Of a DNA stretch of 64,000 nucleotides, positions 38,410-51,303 are shown piece by piece. The notes under the pieces were generated by a model that worked only from the letters and a program-made list of their open reading frames with translations, made no database searches and had not been told where the DNA came from. The translations under genes and the position numbers were made by a program. Numbering within the stretch: position 1 is the first letter of the stretch; every line of letters begins with the position of its first letter. This DNA comes from Candidatus Latescibacterota bacterium (GTDB lineage: Bacteria; Latescibacterota; UBA2968; GCA-2709665): NCBI GenBank assembly GCA_965219995.1, contig CBDCOX010000002.1:3328001-3392000 (forward strand), read 5' to 3'.

Positions 38410-39711
38410 TCACTCCTGCGGCCGGCTTCCGTACCCCAGATCGTAGGGCCGAACTTCCACGTAGAGACGCGCCCGTGTTTCCGCAAGAACCTCTTCAAAC
38501 CGCTCTTGAAGGCGCACCTGTTGGATGATTCCCTCTATGGCTGCCTCGTCGTCGTTCACTTTTACGACATGCCATCCGTACTCCGACTGTATCGGGGCGC
38601 TCACTTCGCCCATGCGCATGGTTTTCAGGACGTCCGAGAATTCGGATGGCAGGTTTTCCGGTGTGAACGGCCCGGGCAGCCTCCCGCCTTTCTGGGCGGT
38701 CTCCTCGTGCGCGGAGTGTTTTCGAGCCAATTCCGCGAAATCCGCTCCCGCCTGAACCTTCTTTGCGAGTTCGAGCGCGTCTTCGTAGGCCGTCTTCACG
38801 TCCCGCGTCGAGGGTTGCAGCGGGATGAGTATGTGCCGCGCCCATACCTGGTCGCCGGCTACGGCTTCCACCCTGATGACGTGGTAACCGAACTTCGTCT
38901 TGACCGGCGCGCTGATCTCCCCGGGACGCAGCGCAAAGGCGGCCTCCTCGAACGCCGGGACCATGCGTCCTCGCGGGAAATACCCCAGGTCGCCGCCTTC
39001 TTCCCTGCTGCCTGCGTCGCTGGAATACTGCCGGGCCAGCGTCGCGAAGTCTTCGCCTTTGTTCAAGCGGTCGATGATCGCGTCCGCCTGCGACCTGACT
39101 TCCGCGTCGCGATCGCCGGAGGCTTCGATCGCCACCAGAATATGACTGATACTCAATAGCGGCGGCAGTTCGTCTCTATACCGGTCCCGATAGTCCTGAA
39201 CGTCCTTGAACGACACTTCCACCTGTTCGCTCAGGCGCGTGTACATCCGTTGCCGCAGGAAGTCCTTCCGGAAATCCTGGCGAAACTGGTCGCGAAGATC
39301 CCGTTCCGACACACCCCCTTCGGTAAGCTGCGCGGCAAACGCCTCTTCACCATGTTCCGCCTTGAGTTCCCGGACGCGGGAACGGACCGCGCGTTCGATG
39401 ACCTCCTCGTCTACCTCGATGCTGTCCTCTTCCGCCCTGGCCAGCAGGAGTTTTTCCTGGATCATGTTCCCCAGGATAACCTCGAACAATTCGCTTACCC
39501 TGTCCGGTGTGAGATCCTCCCTGCTCATCCCCTGCTGCATGGCAACCAGCGCCATGCTCGACATCACGTCGGAGCGCAGGACGATCTGATCGTCCACGAC
39601 CGCCACAATCTGGTCGAGGAGCTGCGGCTTTGCCGCGGCGCTCGCCGCGAACATCGTCGCCAGCGCCGCCGCCGCGATGACACGCACGCCCCTTGAAGAA
39701 GCTTTTGTCAT
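38410..39711 (-). CDS. surA: SurA-like parvulin peptidyl-prolyl isomerase
   Basis: Signal peptide, [27 protein letters not shown], two rotamase domains. Confidence 0.88.
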   Translation of the reverse strand: MTKASSRGVRVIAAAALATMFAASAAAKPQLLDQIVAVVDDQIVLRSDVMSSMALVAMQQGMSREDLTPDRVSELFEVILGNMIQEKLLLARAEEDSIEVDEEVIERAVRSRVRELKAEHGEEAFAAQLTEGGVSERDLRDQFRQDFRKDFLRQRMYTRLSEQVEVSFKDVQDYRDRYRDELPPLLSISHILVAIEASGDRDAEVRSQADAIIDRLNKGEDFATLARQYSSDAGSREEGGDLGYFPRGRMVPAFEEAAFALRPGEISAPVKTKFGYHVIRVEAVAGDQVWARHILIPLQPSTRDVKTAYEDALELAKKVQAGADFAELARKHSAHEETAQKGGRLPGPFTPENLPSEFSDVLKTMRMGEVSAPIQSEYGWHVVKVNDDEAAIEGIIQQVRLQERFEEVLAETRARLYVEVRPYDLGYGSRPQE

Positions 39712-39868
39712 AGCGCCTTTTCTCCGAATGTCGGACAGGTCCCCACCGCCCTGCGGGGAATGCCCCTTAATGATCCGGCCACCCCATTAGCTGACGGCCC
39801 GCGCATCGTATGGTTCCAAATGAACCGCCGTAAAAAGGCCGCCGGAATTCGGCCGGGAATATATGCGC

Positions 39869-42800
39869 TCAAACGAGGCTCTGCAAGACCTTTCTGGCAT
39901 TTGCAAGGCGTTCGCCGGGGCTCTGGCCGTCCAACTCGGCCTCGATAAGCAACTGTTCGCCGAGGGAAAAATGCAGCGGTACGGGCGCAGCCGCCACCCA
40001 GTCCTCCACCTGCTTCCGCGTCAGCGTGCGGTCCTTCGGAAACGTGACCGCCAACATTCGACCCGTTCGCACCGTATGCGCGCGAAGCTGGCGCGCCAGC
40101 AGCCGCACGGTTATCTTGTCAAGCAGCGCCGAAACGGGCGCGGGCAACTGTCCGAACCGGTCCGTCATCTCCTCTTCCATCGCCAGGACCTCCACCGTCT
40201 GCCGGCACTCGCCCAGCCGCTGGTAAAACTGCATCTTCAGATCTTCATCGGAAATATACGCTTCCGGAATATAGGCGGAGACGGCCACCTGCACCTCCGG
40301 CTCGGCCACAGGTTCGGCCTCATTGCCGTGAACCTGAGCGATGGCTTCATCCAGCAGCCGGCAGTAGAGCTCGAATCCCACCGCCGCGATATGCCCGTGC
40401 TGCTGCGCTCCCAGCAGATTGCCCGTCCCCCGGATCTCCATGTCCCGCATTGAAATATTGAAGCCGGAACCCAGATCCGCGAATTCCTCGATGGCGCGCA
40501 AGCGGCGGACCGCGTGCTTCTTCAGTGATTTCCACGAAGGGATCAGCAGATACGCATACGCCTGCCGCGCGGATCGGCCCACACGGCCGCGAAGCTGGTA
40601 GAGCTGGGCGAGTCCCATCCGGTCGGCACGGTTCACGATCAGTGTATTCACACTCGGAATATCCAGTCCCGACTCGATAATCATCGTGGAAACCAGACAG
40701 TCGTACCGGGCTTCGAGAAAATCCATCATCACCTTCTCAAGTTGTCTTTCCGGCATCTGACCGTGGGCCACCCCGAACCGCACCTGCGGGACGAGCTGCT
40801 CGAGAAAATTCACGATGGCCGGCATCGACTGCACCCTGTTGTGGACAAAATACACCTGTCCGCCCCGGTCGATCTCCCGCAGGATGGCCTCCGCAACCCT
40901 CTCTTCGTCAAACGGGAGGACTTCGGTCGTAATCGGCAGACGGTCTTTCGGAGGCGTTCGGATAATCGACATATCCCGGGCCCCCATCAGGGACATATGC
41001 AGCGTCCTGGGAATCGGAGTCGCCGTCAGTGTCAGGACGTCCACCTGCCGCCGCATCTGCTTCAGCCGCTCCTTATGGCGGACGCCGAACCGGTGCTCTT
41101 CGTCTATCACGAGCAATCCCAGATCCCTGAACCGAACGTCCTGCGACAGCAGGCGGTGGGTGCCCACCGCAACGTCCACCCGCCCTGCCGTCAGACCGTC
41201 GAGAGCCGTCCGCTGCTCACGCGGCGTTCGGAACCGGCTCAACACGTCGACCGTAACGGGCAAGCCGTCCATTCGCTCCAGGAACGTCCGGAAGTGCTGC
41301 TGCGCCAGAATGGTGGTTGGCGCCAGCACCGCAACCTGCTTTCCATCGGCCACGGCCTTGAATGCGGCGCGTACCGCCACTTCGGTCTTCCCGTATCCCA
41401 CGTCGCCGCACACCAGGCGGTCCATCGGCGCCGACTGTTCCATGTCCTTCTTGACCTCGTGAATCGTCTGGAGCTGGTCCCGCGTCTCCTGGAACGGAAA
41501 CGAGGCTTCGAGCGCACCCTGGAGCGCCGTGTCGTCCGAAAACCTGATGCCGGGCGTTGCCTTTCGCTCCGCGTAAAGGGACAGCAACTCGGCCGCCATT
41601 TTGAAGACCTCCTTTTTGGCCTTCTCCTTTACGCGTTCCCAGGTTCCCGTGCCCAGTTTGCTCAATGCCGGGACGACACTGTCCTGTCCGGCATACTTCT
41701 GTACGCGGTCCATCTGGTCCACAGGCACGTACACCCGGTCGCCGCCGCGATAGAACATCGTCAGACAGTCCTGCCGCACTCCGTCGACCGTAAGGTGCTC
41801 GATCCCTTCGTAACGCCCGATGCCGTGGTCCACGTGGACGACGAAATCTCCCGCTCTGAGGCTTGAAATGCTGCGGATCGGCGTGGCGTCCTTGAACCGC
41901 CGGTATCGGCGGCGGCGGCGCGCGCGGGCGTAAATCTCGTGGTCGTTCAGCACCAGCACCCGCGCCGCCGGAGACGGGTAGGCGAAGCCGCTGCGCAGGG
42001 TGCCCACGGTTATCGAGATCAGGTGCTCCTCTTCTTCCAGCAGTTCTTCGAAACGGGCTTTCTGGCCCTGGCTCTCGCACAAAAGCACGACCTCGTAATC
42101 CGCCTGCCAGTGGCTCCTCAGATCCTCTTTCAGCGTTTCCAGATGCCCCTCATACCGCCGTCCGCCGACGCCGGAAAAATGGACGCCATCCTCCGATCGT
42201 CCGCCCAGCGGCCAGTTCAGGACCCTGCGCAACCCGGCCAGCCGCTTCAGAATCGCCTCCGGATGCCGGGCTACGGCATCCGCCGGAAGCGGCTCCGGCT
42301 CTCCGCGCCTCTTCTTCTGGCGCCGGGCCGCCACCTCCACCCGCGCCCACGCGTCCGCCGCGGCCGTGTCGACGGCGACAGGGTCGTCCACCACGACGTA
42401 ACTTTCCGAAACGTGGTCCAGGAGACAGGTCCTGTCTCTGTACAGAATACCCAGGTAATGCTCCAGTCCGTCAAATGCGCCCTGGCTCTCCATCAGTTCA
42501 CGCAGGCCTTCCAGGTTTATCCCAAGCCGCTGTTCCGCTTCGTCCACGTGCTCCGCGAACACGTCGTCCAGCGTCTCTACCAGGACGGCCTCGCGGCATG
42601 GCAGCATCCGCACCGTCTCGTGCGTGTCCACCGACCGCTGCGTACCCAGATCGAATGCCCGAATGGATTCCACCTCATCGCCGAAAAACTCGATCCGGAC
42701 CGGATGTGTGCTGCCAAACGAGCACACGTCCAGGATTCCGCCCCGCACGCTGAACTGCCCGACTCCGCCCACCAGCGTCACACGCTCGTAGCCGATATCC

Positions 42801-43279
42801 ACCAGATGTTCAGCCAGCGAGTCCGGCGCCACCTCTTCCCCGACCCGTATTTCACGAACCGCCAGATCATACAGATCCGGAGGCAGCGTGTGGCTCATCA
42901 GGGCCTCCACCGGAACGACCACGACCCCGTTCTTTGCCCCCTGCAGCTGATCCAGCGCTTCCAGCCGAAGTCCCATCACGTCGAGATGGGGCGACCGATG
43001 GTCGTATGGCGATCCGCCCCAGGCGGGGAAAATCCCGACCCGGCTCGAACCCAGCACGCGCTCCAGATCGTCGCGCACTTCTTCCGCTCGATCTTCGGAA
43101 GCGCATACCACCAGCACGGGACCCGTCGCCTTCTCCTCCACCCACGCGATGCCGAACGCCGTGAGCGAACCCGGCAGCCCGCGTACTGGAATCGAAGGCG
43201 CGCAAGACTCGATCAGGCGCGCCAGATCCTCAAATGGCTGCGACTTGACCATCCTGTCGTATATCCGCCTGATCGACAT
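39869..43279 (-). CDS. mfd: Transcription-repair coupling factor
   Basis: VVHVDHGIG, GDVGYGKT, DEEH, TATPIPRT, QLRGRVGR, TRG motif. Confidence 0.98.
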   Translation of the reverse strand: MSIRRIYDRMVKSQPFEDLARLIESCAPSIPVRGLPGSLTAFGIAWVEEKATGPVLVVCASEDRAEEVRDDLERVLGSSRVGIFPAWGGSPYDHRSPHLDVMGLRLEALDQLQGAKNGVVVVPVEALMSHTLPPDLYDLAVREIRVGEEVAPDSLAEHLVDIGYERVTLVGGVGQFSVRGGILDVCSFGSTHPVRIEFFGDEVESIRAFDLGTQRSVDTHETVRMLPCREAVLVETLDDVFAEHVDEAEQRLGINLEGLRELMESQGAFDGLEHYLGILYRDRTCLLDHVSESYVVVDDPVAVDTAAADAWARVEVAARRQKKRRGEPEPLPADAVARHPEAILKRLAGLRRVLNWPLGGRSEDGVHFSGVGGRRYEGHLETLKEDLRSHWQADYEVVLLCESQGQKARFEELLEEEEHLISITVGTLRSGFAYPSPAARVLVLNDHEIYARARRRRRYRRFKDATPIRSISSLRAGDFVVHVDHGIGRYEGIEHLTVDGVRQDCLTMFYRGGDRVYVPVDQMDRVQKYAGQDSVVPALSKLGTGTWERVKEKAKKEVFKMAAELLSLYAERKATPGIRFSDDTALQGALEASFPFQETRDQLQTIHEVKKDMEQSAPMDRLVCGDVGYGKTEVAVRAAFKAVADGKQVAVLAPTTILAQQHFRTFLERMDGLPVTVDVLSRFRTPREQRTALDGLTAGRVDVAVGTHRLLSQDVRFRDLGLLVIDEEHRFGVRHKERLKQMRRQVDVLTLTATPIPRTLHMSLMGARDMSIIRTPPKDRLPITTEVLPFDEERVAEAILREIDRGGQVYFVHNRVQSMPAIVNFLEQLVPQVRFGVAHGQMPERQLEKVMMDFLEARYDCLVSTMIIESGLDIPSVNTLIVNRADRMGLAQLYQLRGRVGRSARQAYAYLLIPSWKSLKKHAVRRLRAIEEFADLGSGFNISMRDMEIRGTGNLLGAQQHGHIAAVGFELYCRLLDEAIAQVHGNEAEPVAEPEVQVAVSAYIPEAYISDEDLKMQFYQRLGECRQTVEVLAMEEEMTDRFGQLPAPVSALLDKITVRLLARQLRAHTVRTGRMLAVTFPKDRTLTRKQVEDWVAAAPVPLHFSLGEQLLIEAELDGQSPGERLANARKVLQSLV

Positions 43280-43536
43280 TCAAGCCCCCGCAGGTGTCCT
43301 GTCCCGATCGACGCCACCCGTGCGCACGAATAGGCGAAAAGCAGAAATCGCGCAGCCCCATTCGCAGGGATCGGCCGCAACACCAAAAAGCCCGACCCTG
43401 GGTTGAGTCGGGCATTTCCAATACAAACACAAAAAACCACCCGTACCGCATCGGGTGACGCAGTGGGCGTTCACAATGCTCCGGAACTTCGGAGCACGTT
43501 GCCGGGAAGCCTTCCGCCGGCCATTCTTTGTTTAAA

Positions 43537-43615
43537 TGGCGGGGTAGACGGGACTCGAACCCGCGACCTCAGGCTTGACAGGCCTGCACTCTCACCAATG
43601 CTGAGCTACTACCCC
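43537..43615 (-). tRNA. tRNA-Asp (GTC)
   Basis: Cloverleaf GGGGTAG acceptor stem, anticodon arm CAGGC-CTGTCAA-GCCTG, TTCGA T-loop, G discriminator, encoded CCA. Confidence 0.97.
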
Positions 43616-43663
43616 GCATCAACGGCACACGCGCTCAAATCAACTGTCATTTGAGCGGGCGTA

Positions 43664-43692
43664 AAGATAACACAGCCCCCTGAAGCTGTCAA
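43664..43692 (-). promoter_or_regulatory. sigma70 promoter of tRNA-Asp
   Basis: TTGACA-17 nt-TATCTT. Confidence 0.7.
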
Positions 43693-43865
43693 GCCCTTTC
43701 AGGTAAATTCCACTGCTTCACGGGGTGTCCCTCCTTGCCTCCCCCTCCCCTTTGTCTTATATTGGTCCGTTGCTTCAGTTCCGTCCATTTTTCACGGGCA
43801 TTTCGGCGGCGGAAACAACCTTCGGGAATACGCGGCCAACCACTATTCGGACCATGGGCTCCAGC

Positions 43866-45173
43866 ATGTCCAATCACCGACCCGTCGGTATCGGTCTCAT
43901 TGGCATGGGCGTCGTCGGCGCAGGCGTCGTGCGCATACTCAGAGAGCGTGCGGGCTATTTCAAGTCCATACGCGGCGTGCCGCTTGACCTGAGACGCATC
44001 GCCGTGCGGGATAGCTCCAGGCCGCGAGACCGGGACCTGCCCGCAGAAATTCTCACCGGCAACGCCAGGGAGGTCGTTGAAGACCCCGACGTCCAGATTG
44101 TCGTTGAAGTGATGGGAGGGCTGAACCCGGCCCGGGAATTCTGCCTTAACGCGCTTGAGAACGGCAAAGACCTGGTAACCGCGAATAAAGCCCTGCTCGC
44201 GGAACAGGGCGACGACCTTTTCAGCGCCGCCGCGCGCAACGGCGCAAACATCGGCTTCGAAGCCAGCGTCTGCGGCGGCATACCCATCATCCGATCGCTG
44301 ACGGACGGTCTGGCGGCGAACCGAATTCAGTCCATTTACGGTATTCTCAACGGCACCACCAACTATATTCTTACCCGAATGACCGACGATGGCGGAGACT
44401 TTCAGGCCATGCTGCGCCGGGCACAGGAAAAGGGATTTGCCGAGGCGGATCCGACCATGGACGTCGACGGCACGGACGTCGCCCAGAAACTTGCGCTTCT
44501 GTGCCGCATCGCATTCCGTGTCGGCCTGGATCCCTCGCACATCCTCAAAGAGGGCATCTCGCACGTTTCTCCGCTGGATATCGACTTTGCCGGAGAACTG
44601 GGATATACCATCAAGCTTCTGGCCATCGCGAAGGCGATCGGAACCCGCATTGAAGCCCGCGTCCATCCGTGTCTCGTGCCTTCCGGCGCGCTGCTGGCAA
44701 ATATCAAGGACGAATTCAACGCCGTGGAGATCGTGGGCAATGCAGCCGGTCCACAGGTCCTGTATGGCCGCGGGGCCGGGCAGATGCCCACGGCGAGCGC
44801 CGTCGTTTCCGATCTGCTCGACCTGGCCGAACGCCGTCTGACGGGCCGGGCCTCGGGTCGCGCGGCTCTCGCGGACCTGCCCCGCGCCGACGCCATTCCG
44901 CCGGAAGAGGTCGAAACCAGCTTCTACTGCCGCTTTACGGTATATGACCGGCCCGGCGTCCTGGCCAGGATCGCGCGCATCTTTTCAGAGCAGGACATCG
45001 GCATCGCGACCGTAATCCAGCACGGCCGGTCTGAAACCGAACAGGGTACCGTGCCGCTCATCATGACGACCCACGAGGCCCGCGAAGCCAGCATGCGCAC
45101 GGCGGTTCAACAAATCGACCGGCTTTCCGTAATCACCGAGCCCTCGCAGATCCTCCGCATCGAAACGCTTTAG
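43866..45173 (+). CDS. hom: Homoserine dehydrogenase with ACT domain
   Basis: GMGVVG, VTANKA, FEASVCGGIP, GILNGTTNYIL, GFAEADP, C-terminal DRPGVL. Confidence 0.96.
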   Translation: MSNHRPVGIGLIGMGVVGAGVVRILRERAGYFKSIRGVPLDLRRIAVRDSSRPRDRDLPAEILTGNAREVVEDPDVQIVVEVMGGLNPAREFCLNALENGKDLVTANKALLAEQGDDLFSAAARNGANIGFEASVCGGIPIIRSLTDGLAANRIQSIYGILNGTTNYILTRMTDDGGDFQAMLRRAQEKGFAEADPTMDVDGTDVAQKLALLCRIAFRVGLDPSHILKEGISHVSPLDIDFAGELGYTIKLLAIAKAIGTRIEARVHPCLVPSGALLANIKDEFNAVEIVGNAAGPQVLYGRGAGQMPTASAVVSDLLDLAERRLTGRASGRAALADLPRADAIPPEEVETSFYCRFTVYDRPGVLARIARIFSEQDIGIATVIQHGRSETEQGTVPLIMTTHEAREASMRTAVQQIDRLSVITEPSQILRIETL

Positions 45174-45201
45174 GAGTACCCGCGCGACACCGCCTGAACA
45201 C

Positions 45202-47688
45202 CTATTTCGCGTCTCCGTTCGGGCCGGTATCCGGGGGAAGGCCCTCCGACCCGTCCCCGTTGTTCTGGGAAACCACGCGGGCAACGTCCATCACCTCGTC
45301 GTCCTCGTCGAGATTGATGAGACGCACGCCCTGTGTATTCCTGCCGATCGAACTGATTTCCCCGATCGGCTGCCGGATCAGGATGCCGTTCAGGGTCACG
45401 ATCATCAGTTCATCTTCATCCACCACGCCTCTCACCGCCACTACCTTGCCGTTGCGCTCGGAGGTCCTGATGTTGATCACCCCCTTGCCGCCGCGGCGAG
45501 TCAGCCGGTAGTCCGTGACCCCCGTCCGTTTGCCGTATCCCTTTGCCGAGACCGTCAGCAGGGTGCTTTCGGCGTCCTGAACCACGACCATGCACACCAC
45601 TTCGTCGCCTTCGTCGAGGGAAATGCCACGCACGCCCCGGGTCCCCCGGCCCATGTCGCGCACGTCCTGTTCGTGAAACCGGATGGCCTGTCCATTTCGG
45701 GTTGCCAGCACGATTTCCTGTGACCCGCTGGTAACTTCGGCCCCGATCAACCGGTCGTCATCCATAATGTTCATTGCGATGATTCCGCCGCGCCGCGGCC
45801 GGCTGTACGCGGGCAGGACGGTCTTCTTGACCAGCCCGTTTCGCGTCACTTTCATCAGATACCGCCCGTCTTCGAACGCCTTCACCGGGACGATCGCGGC
45901 CACCTTGTGTCCCTCGCCGATCTCGATCAGGTTGACCACGGGCCGTCCGCGCGAAACACGCCCGCCTTCCGGAATCTCGTGGACCTTCAACCAGTGGCAG
46001 TGACCCCGATCCGTCAAAAACAGAATGTAGCTGTGGGTGGACGCGATGAACAGATGCTCCACGAAATCCTCTTCCCTGGTACTCATGCCCGTCACCCCTC
46101 GCCCGCCCCTGTGCTGTTGCCGATAGGTGTCCACCGGAATTCGTTTGATATATCCCTGGTGGGAAATGGTGATGACCATATCCTCGTCGGCGATCAGGTC
46201 TTCGATGTTGAATTCCGATGCCGACAAAACGACGTCGGTCCGCCGGTCATCTCCGTACTTCGCCTCGACCTCCAGCAGTTCCGACCTTACAAGCTCCATC
46301 CGCTCCGGCCTGCTGTTCAGAATCGACTTTAGCCGTTCGATCTCTTTGACCAGGGCTTCGTATTCCTCTTCGATCTTCCGGTGTTCGAGTCCCGTCAGCC
46401 GCTGTATGGTCATCGTCAGAACCGCCTGCGCCTGTCTCTCGGACAGGGACAGCCGTTCCATCAGGATCGTCCGGGCGGAATCCGGATCCTCGGCCCCCCG
46501 GACGATTTGAATCACCTCTTCGATCGCATCCAGCGCAATTCGCAAGCCTTCAAGGATATGCGCGCGGTCTTCGGCGACCTGAAGCTCGTAGGTGGTCCGC
46601 CGCACCACCACGTCGTGCCGGTGATCGATATAGTGCCGAAGCAGCTGCTTCAGGTTCAACTGCCTGGGCTGCCTGTCGACCAGTGCGATCATATTGGCGC
46701 CAAACGTGCTTTCCAACTGGGTATGTTTGTAGAGCTGGTTCAGGACCACCTCGCTGTAGGCATCCTGTTTCAGCTCCACCACCACCCGCATTCCCTTTCG
46801 GTCGGACTCATCCCGGATATTCGAAATCCCTTCAACCCGCTTTTCCCGAACCAGATCGGCCATCTTCTCCAGCAACGCGGCCTTGGCCACCATATAGGGG
46901 ATTTCAGTAATGACGATGTTCTCGCGCCCGTTCTTCAAGGACTCCACCGCGGCGGTCGCCCGCACCCGGATCAGGCCCCGGCCTGTACGGTAGGCGTCCA
47001 GCACGCCGCTCATCCCGTAAATCACCCCGCCGGTGGGGAAGTCAGGACACTTTATATATTCCATGAGATCCCTGACATCCAGGTCGGGGTTGTCGATCAA
47101 CGCCACCAGACCGGCGACCACTTCGCGGAGGTTGTGCGGGGGTATCGCCGTGGCCATGGTCACGGCGATACCAACGGCTCCATTGCAGAGCATATTCGGA
47201 AAGCGGGAGGGCAGGACGGCGGGTTCCTCGAGCCGTTCGTCGTAATTCGGGTGAAAATCCACCGTATCCTTGTCGAGGTCCTGCAACATCTCGCTGCCTG
47301 CGCCGGCCATTCTCGCCTCGGTATACCGCATCGCCGCGGGGGGATATCCGTCTATCGAACCGAAATTGCCCTGTCCGTCAACGAGCGGATAGCGCAGCTT
47401 GAAGTCCTGCGCCAGGTTGACCAGCGTCGGGTAGACGATTTCCTCGCCGTGGGGATGGTAGTTGCCGGATGTGTGTCCGGCAATGTTGGCGCACTTCCTG
47501 TGCTGCCTGGCGGGACCCAGGCCCAGGTCGTTCATGGCGATGAGGATGCGCCGTTGCGAGGGCTTGAGCCCGTCGCGCACATCCGGCAACGCACGATTCA
47601 CCAGCGTGCTCATGGAATAGTCCAGCATGGACTTCTTCAGTTCGTCGCCGATGTCCATCGGGACAATCCGCTGCCGCTCGCTCATCAT
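45202..47688 (-). CDS. gyrA: DNA gyrase subunit A
   Basis: RALPDVRDGLKP, YHPHG, AAMRYTE, GyrA-box QHRGGRG, pinwheel repeats. Confidence 0.98.
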   Translation of the reverse strand: MMSERQRIVPMDIGDELKKSMLDYSMSTLVNRALPDVRDGLKPSQRRILIAMNDLGLGPARQHRKCANIAGHTSGNYHPHGEEIVYPTLVNLAQDFKLRYPLVDGQGNFGSIDGYPPAAMRYTEARMAGAGSEMLQDLDKDTVDFHPNYDERLEEPAVLPSRFPNMLCNGAVGIAVTMATAIPPHNLREVVAGLVALIDNPDLDVRDLMEYIKCPDFPTGGVIYGMSGVLDAYRTGRGLIRVRATAAVESLKNGRENIVITEIPYMVAKAALLEKMADLVREKRVEGISNIRDESDRKGMRVVVELKQDAYSEVVLNQLYKHTQLESTFGANMIALVDRQPRQLNLKQLLRHYIDHRHDVVVRRTTYELQVAEDRAHILEGLRIALDAIEEVIQIVRGAEDPDSARTILMERLSLSERQAQAVLTMTIQRLTGLEHRKIEEEYEALVKEIERLKSILNSRPERMELVRSELLEVEAKYGDDRRTDVVLSASEFNIEDLIADEDMVITISHQGYIKRIPVDTYRQQHRGGRGVTGMSTREEDFVEHLFIASTHSYILFLTDRGHCHWLKVHEIPEGGRVSRGRPVVNLIEIGEGHKVAAIVPVKAFEDGRYLMKVTRNGLVKKTVLPAYSRPRRGGIIAMNIMDDDRLIGAEVTSGSQEIVLATRNGQAIRFHEQDVRDMGRGTRGVRGISLDEGDEVVCMVVVQDAESTLLTVSAKGYGKRTGVTDYRLTRRGGKGVINIRTSERNGKVVAVRGVVDEDELMIVTLNGILIRQPIGEISSIGRNTQGVRLINLDEDDEVMDVARVVSQNNGDGSEGLPPDTGPNGDAK

Positions 47689-47760
47689 GCTCCGTATCTC
47701 CCGTGTTTGTCAGTTAACCGCCCGATCCTGCGAGGCGGCAGGACAGGATGCATACAGCTC

Positions 47761-49758
<1,998 letters not shown>

Positions 49759-49827
49759 CTATTCCCATGTTCTGCTCACGAACGTATTCTTCGTGAGCAG
49801 ACTGACGGAAGCCGCTGCCGTCGTTCC

Positions 49828-50172
49828 TCACGCGAACCGGATTGAAGTGACCACTTCCCGCCCCAGAGCCTCGTTCAACTTCCCCTGGATCCGATGCCGC
49901 TCGAACAGCAGACGGTGGCGCACGGCGTGCTGGCTGATCCGGATGACCAGTTCGCCCCGGTGAATCTCGGCCGAACGCGCGATCGCATGGGGCAGACCGG
50001 TGATTTCGTCGATCACCTCCGGCAACAGCATCAGCGCTCGCTGCTCCAGGAGCTTCGCGTCGATGCCGAGGCCCCGTATGGCGGCCCTGAGGGCCTCTCC
50101 CAGGGCAACGGCGCCATCGCCGGTGCGGCCGGACAGACGTGCCCCGCTTCCGGTTTCCTCGATGTGTCGCAA
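49828..50172 (-). CDS. DUF721/DciA helicase-loader-like protein
   Basis: Conserved recF-gyrB position; LGEAL..LGI..L, I..KLNEALG..V..IRF; start uncertain. Confidence 0.75.
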   Translation of the reverse strand: MRHIEETGSGARLSGRTGDGAVALGEALRAAIRGLGIDAKLLEQRALMLLPEVIDEITGLPHAIARSAEIHRGELVIRISQHAVRHRLLFERHRIQGKLNEALGREVVTSIRFA

Positions 50173-50199
50173 GTCTCACTCCTGGCGGCGCCACCGCGA

Positions 50200-51303
50200 T
50201 TACAGCGACAGCAGTTGAAATCCCCGGTCCTCAAAATTCACATCGGGTTCGCGCGCGGACGTTATGACAACCTGCCCGAACGACGCGACAAGATCCATGG
50301 CCGCCTCCGCCCTGTGTTGATCCAGTTCGGCGAAAATGTCGTCCATCAGCAGCACCGGCGAACGGCCGGTGTGCGACGCGAGATAGGCTGCTTCGGCGAG
50401 CTTCCAGGACAGCAGAATGCTCTTGAGCTGACCTTTCGAGGCAAACTTGTGCGCGCTTCGGCCATCCAGCGTGAAAACCAGATTGTCCCTGTGCGGGCCG
50501 ACCAGCGTATAACCCAGACCCGCTTCGTCTCCCCGCCGACGCCTGAGTTCCGCCTCCAGTATCTCCTGACCGCGTTCTCGTTCGTCGGCCTTTACGGGAC
50601 TACGGTAAACGGATGCGATCTGCTCCTTGCTGCGCGAAATCTGCCGGTAATACGCATCGATCGCGGGCCGCATCGCATCCAGCGCGTCCAGCCTGTCGCG
50701 AATAATCCGCGCGCCAAGCTCCGCCAGCTGTACGTCCCAGGGGGCCAGATGACGCACATCCAGCGCATGCTCCCGACCTTCTCTGAGCAACCGGTTCCTC
50801 TGGGCCAGCACACGCCGGTACTGATCCAGGTCGGACAGATAGGAGGTCTGGCACTGAGAAACAAGGATGTCCAGGAGACGGCGTCGCTGGGGGGGATCCC
50901 GCAAGACCAGGTCTACATCTTCCGGGAAGAACAGAACGGCGTTAAAGGTGCCGATCAGGCTCGAAAGACGGGGGAGTGGGGATGCATCCAGAAGCGCTCT
51001 TTTTTTTCCGACGCGCCGGTCGAAGGCGATTCGAATCGATCTCGTACGGTCTTCGAAGGCAACCGACGCATCGATGCTGAAATATTCCGCCCCCCACCGA
51101 ACGACGTCCCTGTCTCTCGATCCGCGGCCGGACCTGGCTATGGCAAGGAAATATATGGCTTCCAGCAGGTTCGACTTGCCCACGCCGTTTTCCGCGCAAA
51201 CCGCGGTCTTCCGGCCCGGAAACTCAAAATCGGCGGCATCGAAGTTTCGATAGTTGTCAAGCTTGAGCGCCGTAAGGTACAAAACCTGTTGCCCATCAGT
51301 CAT
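50200..51303 (-). CDS. recF: DNA replication/repair protein RecF
   Basis: NYRN, NGVGKSNLLEAI, GPHRD, SKGQ, LLMDDIFAELD. Confidence 0.96.
   Translation of the reverse strand: MTDGQQVLYLTALKLDNYRNFDAADFEFPGRKTAVCAENGVGKSNLLEAIYFLAIARSGRGSRDRDVVRWGAEYFSIDASVAFEDRTRSIRIAFDRRVGKKRALLDASPLPRLSSLIGTFNAVLFFPEDVDLVLRDPPQRRRLLDILVSQCQTSYLSDLDQYRRVLAQRNRLLREGREHALDVRHLAPWDVQLAELGARIIRDRLDALDAMRPAIDAYYRQISRSKEQIASVYRSPVKADERERGQEILEAELRRRRGDEAGLGYTLVGPHRDNLVFTLDGRSAHKFASKGQLKSILLSWKLAEAAYLASHTGRSPVLLMDDIFAELDQHRAEAAMDLVASFGQVVITSAREPDVNFEDRGFQLLSL

Noticed and set aside
43400-43540. Integrated element at the tRNA-Asp 3' end
   Set aside because: No integrase and no duplicated tRNA end noticed in the window
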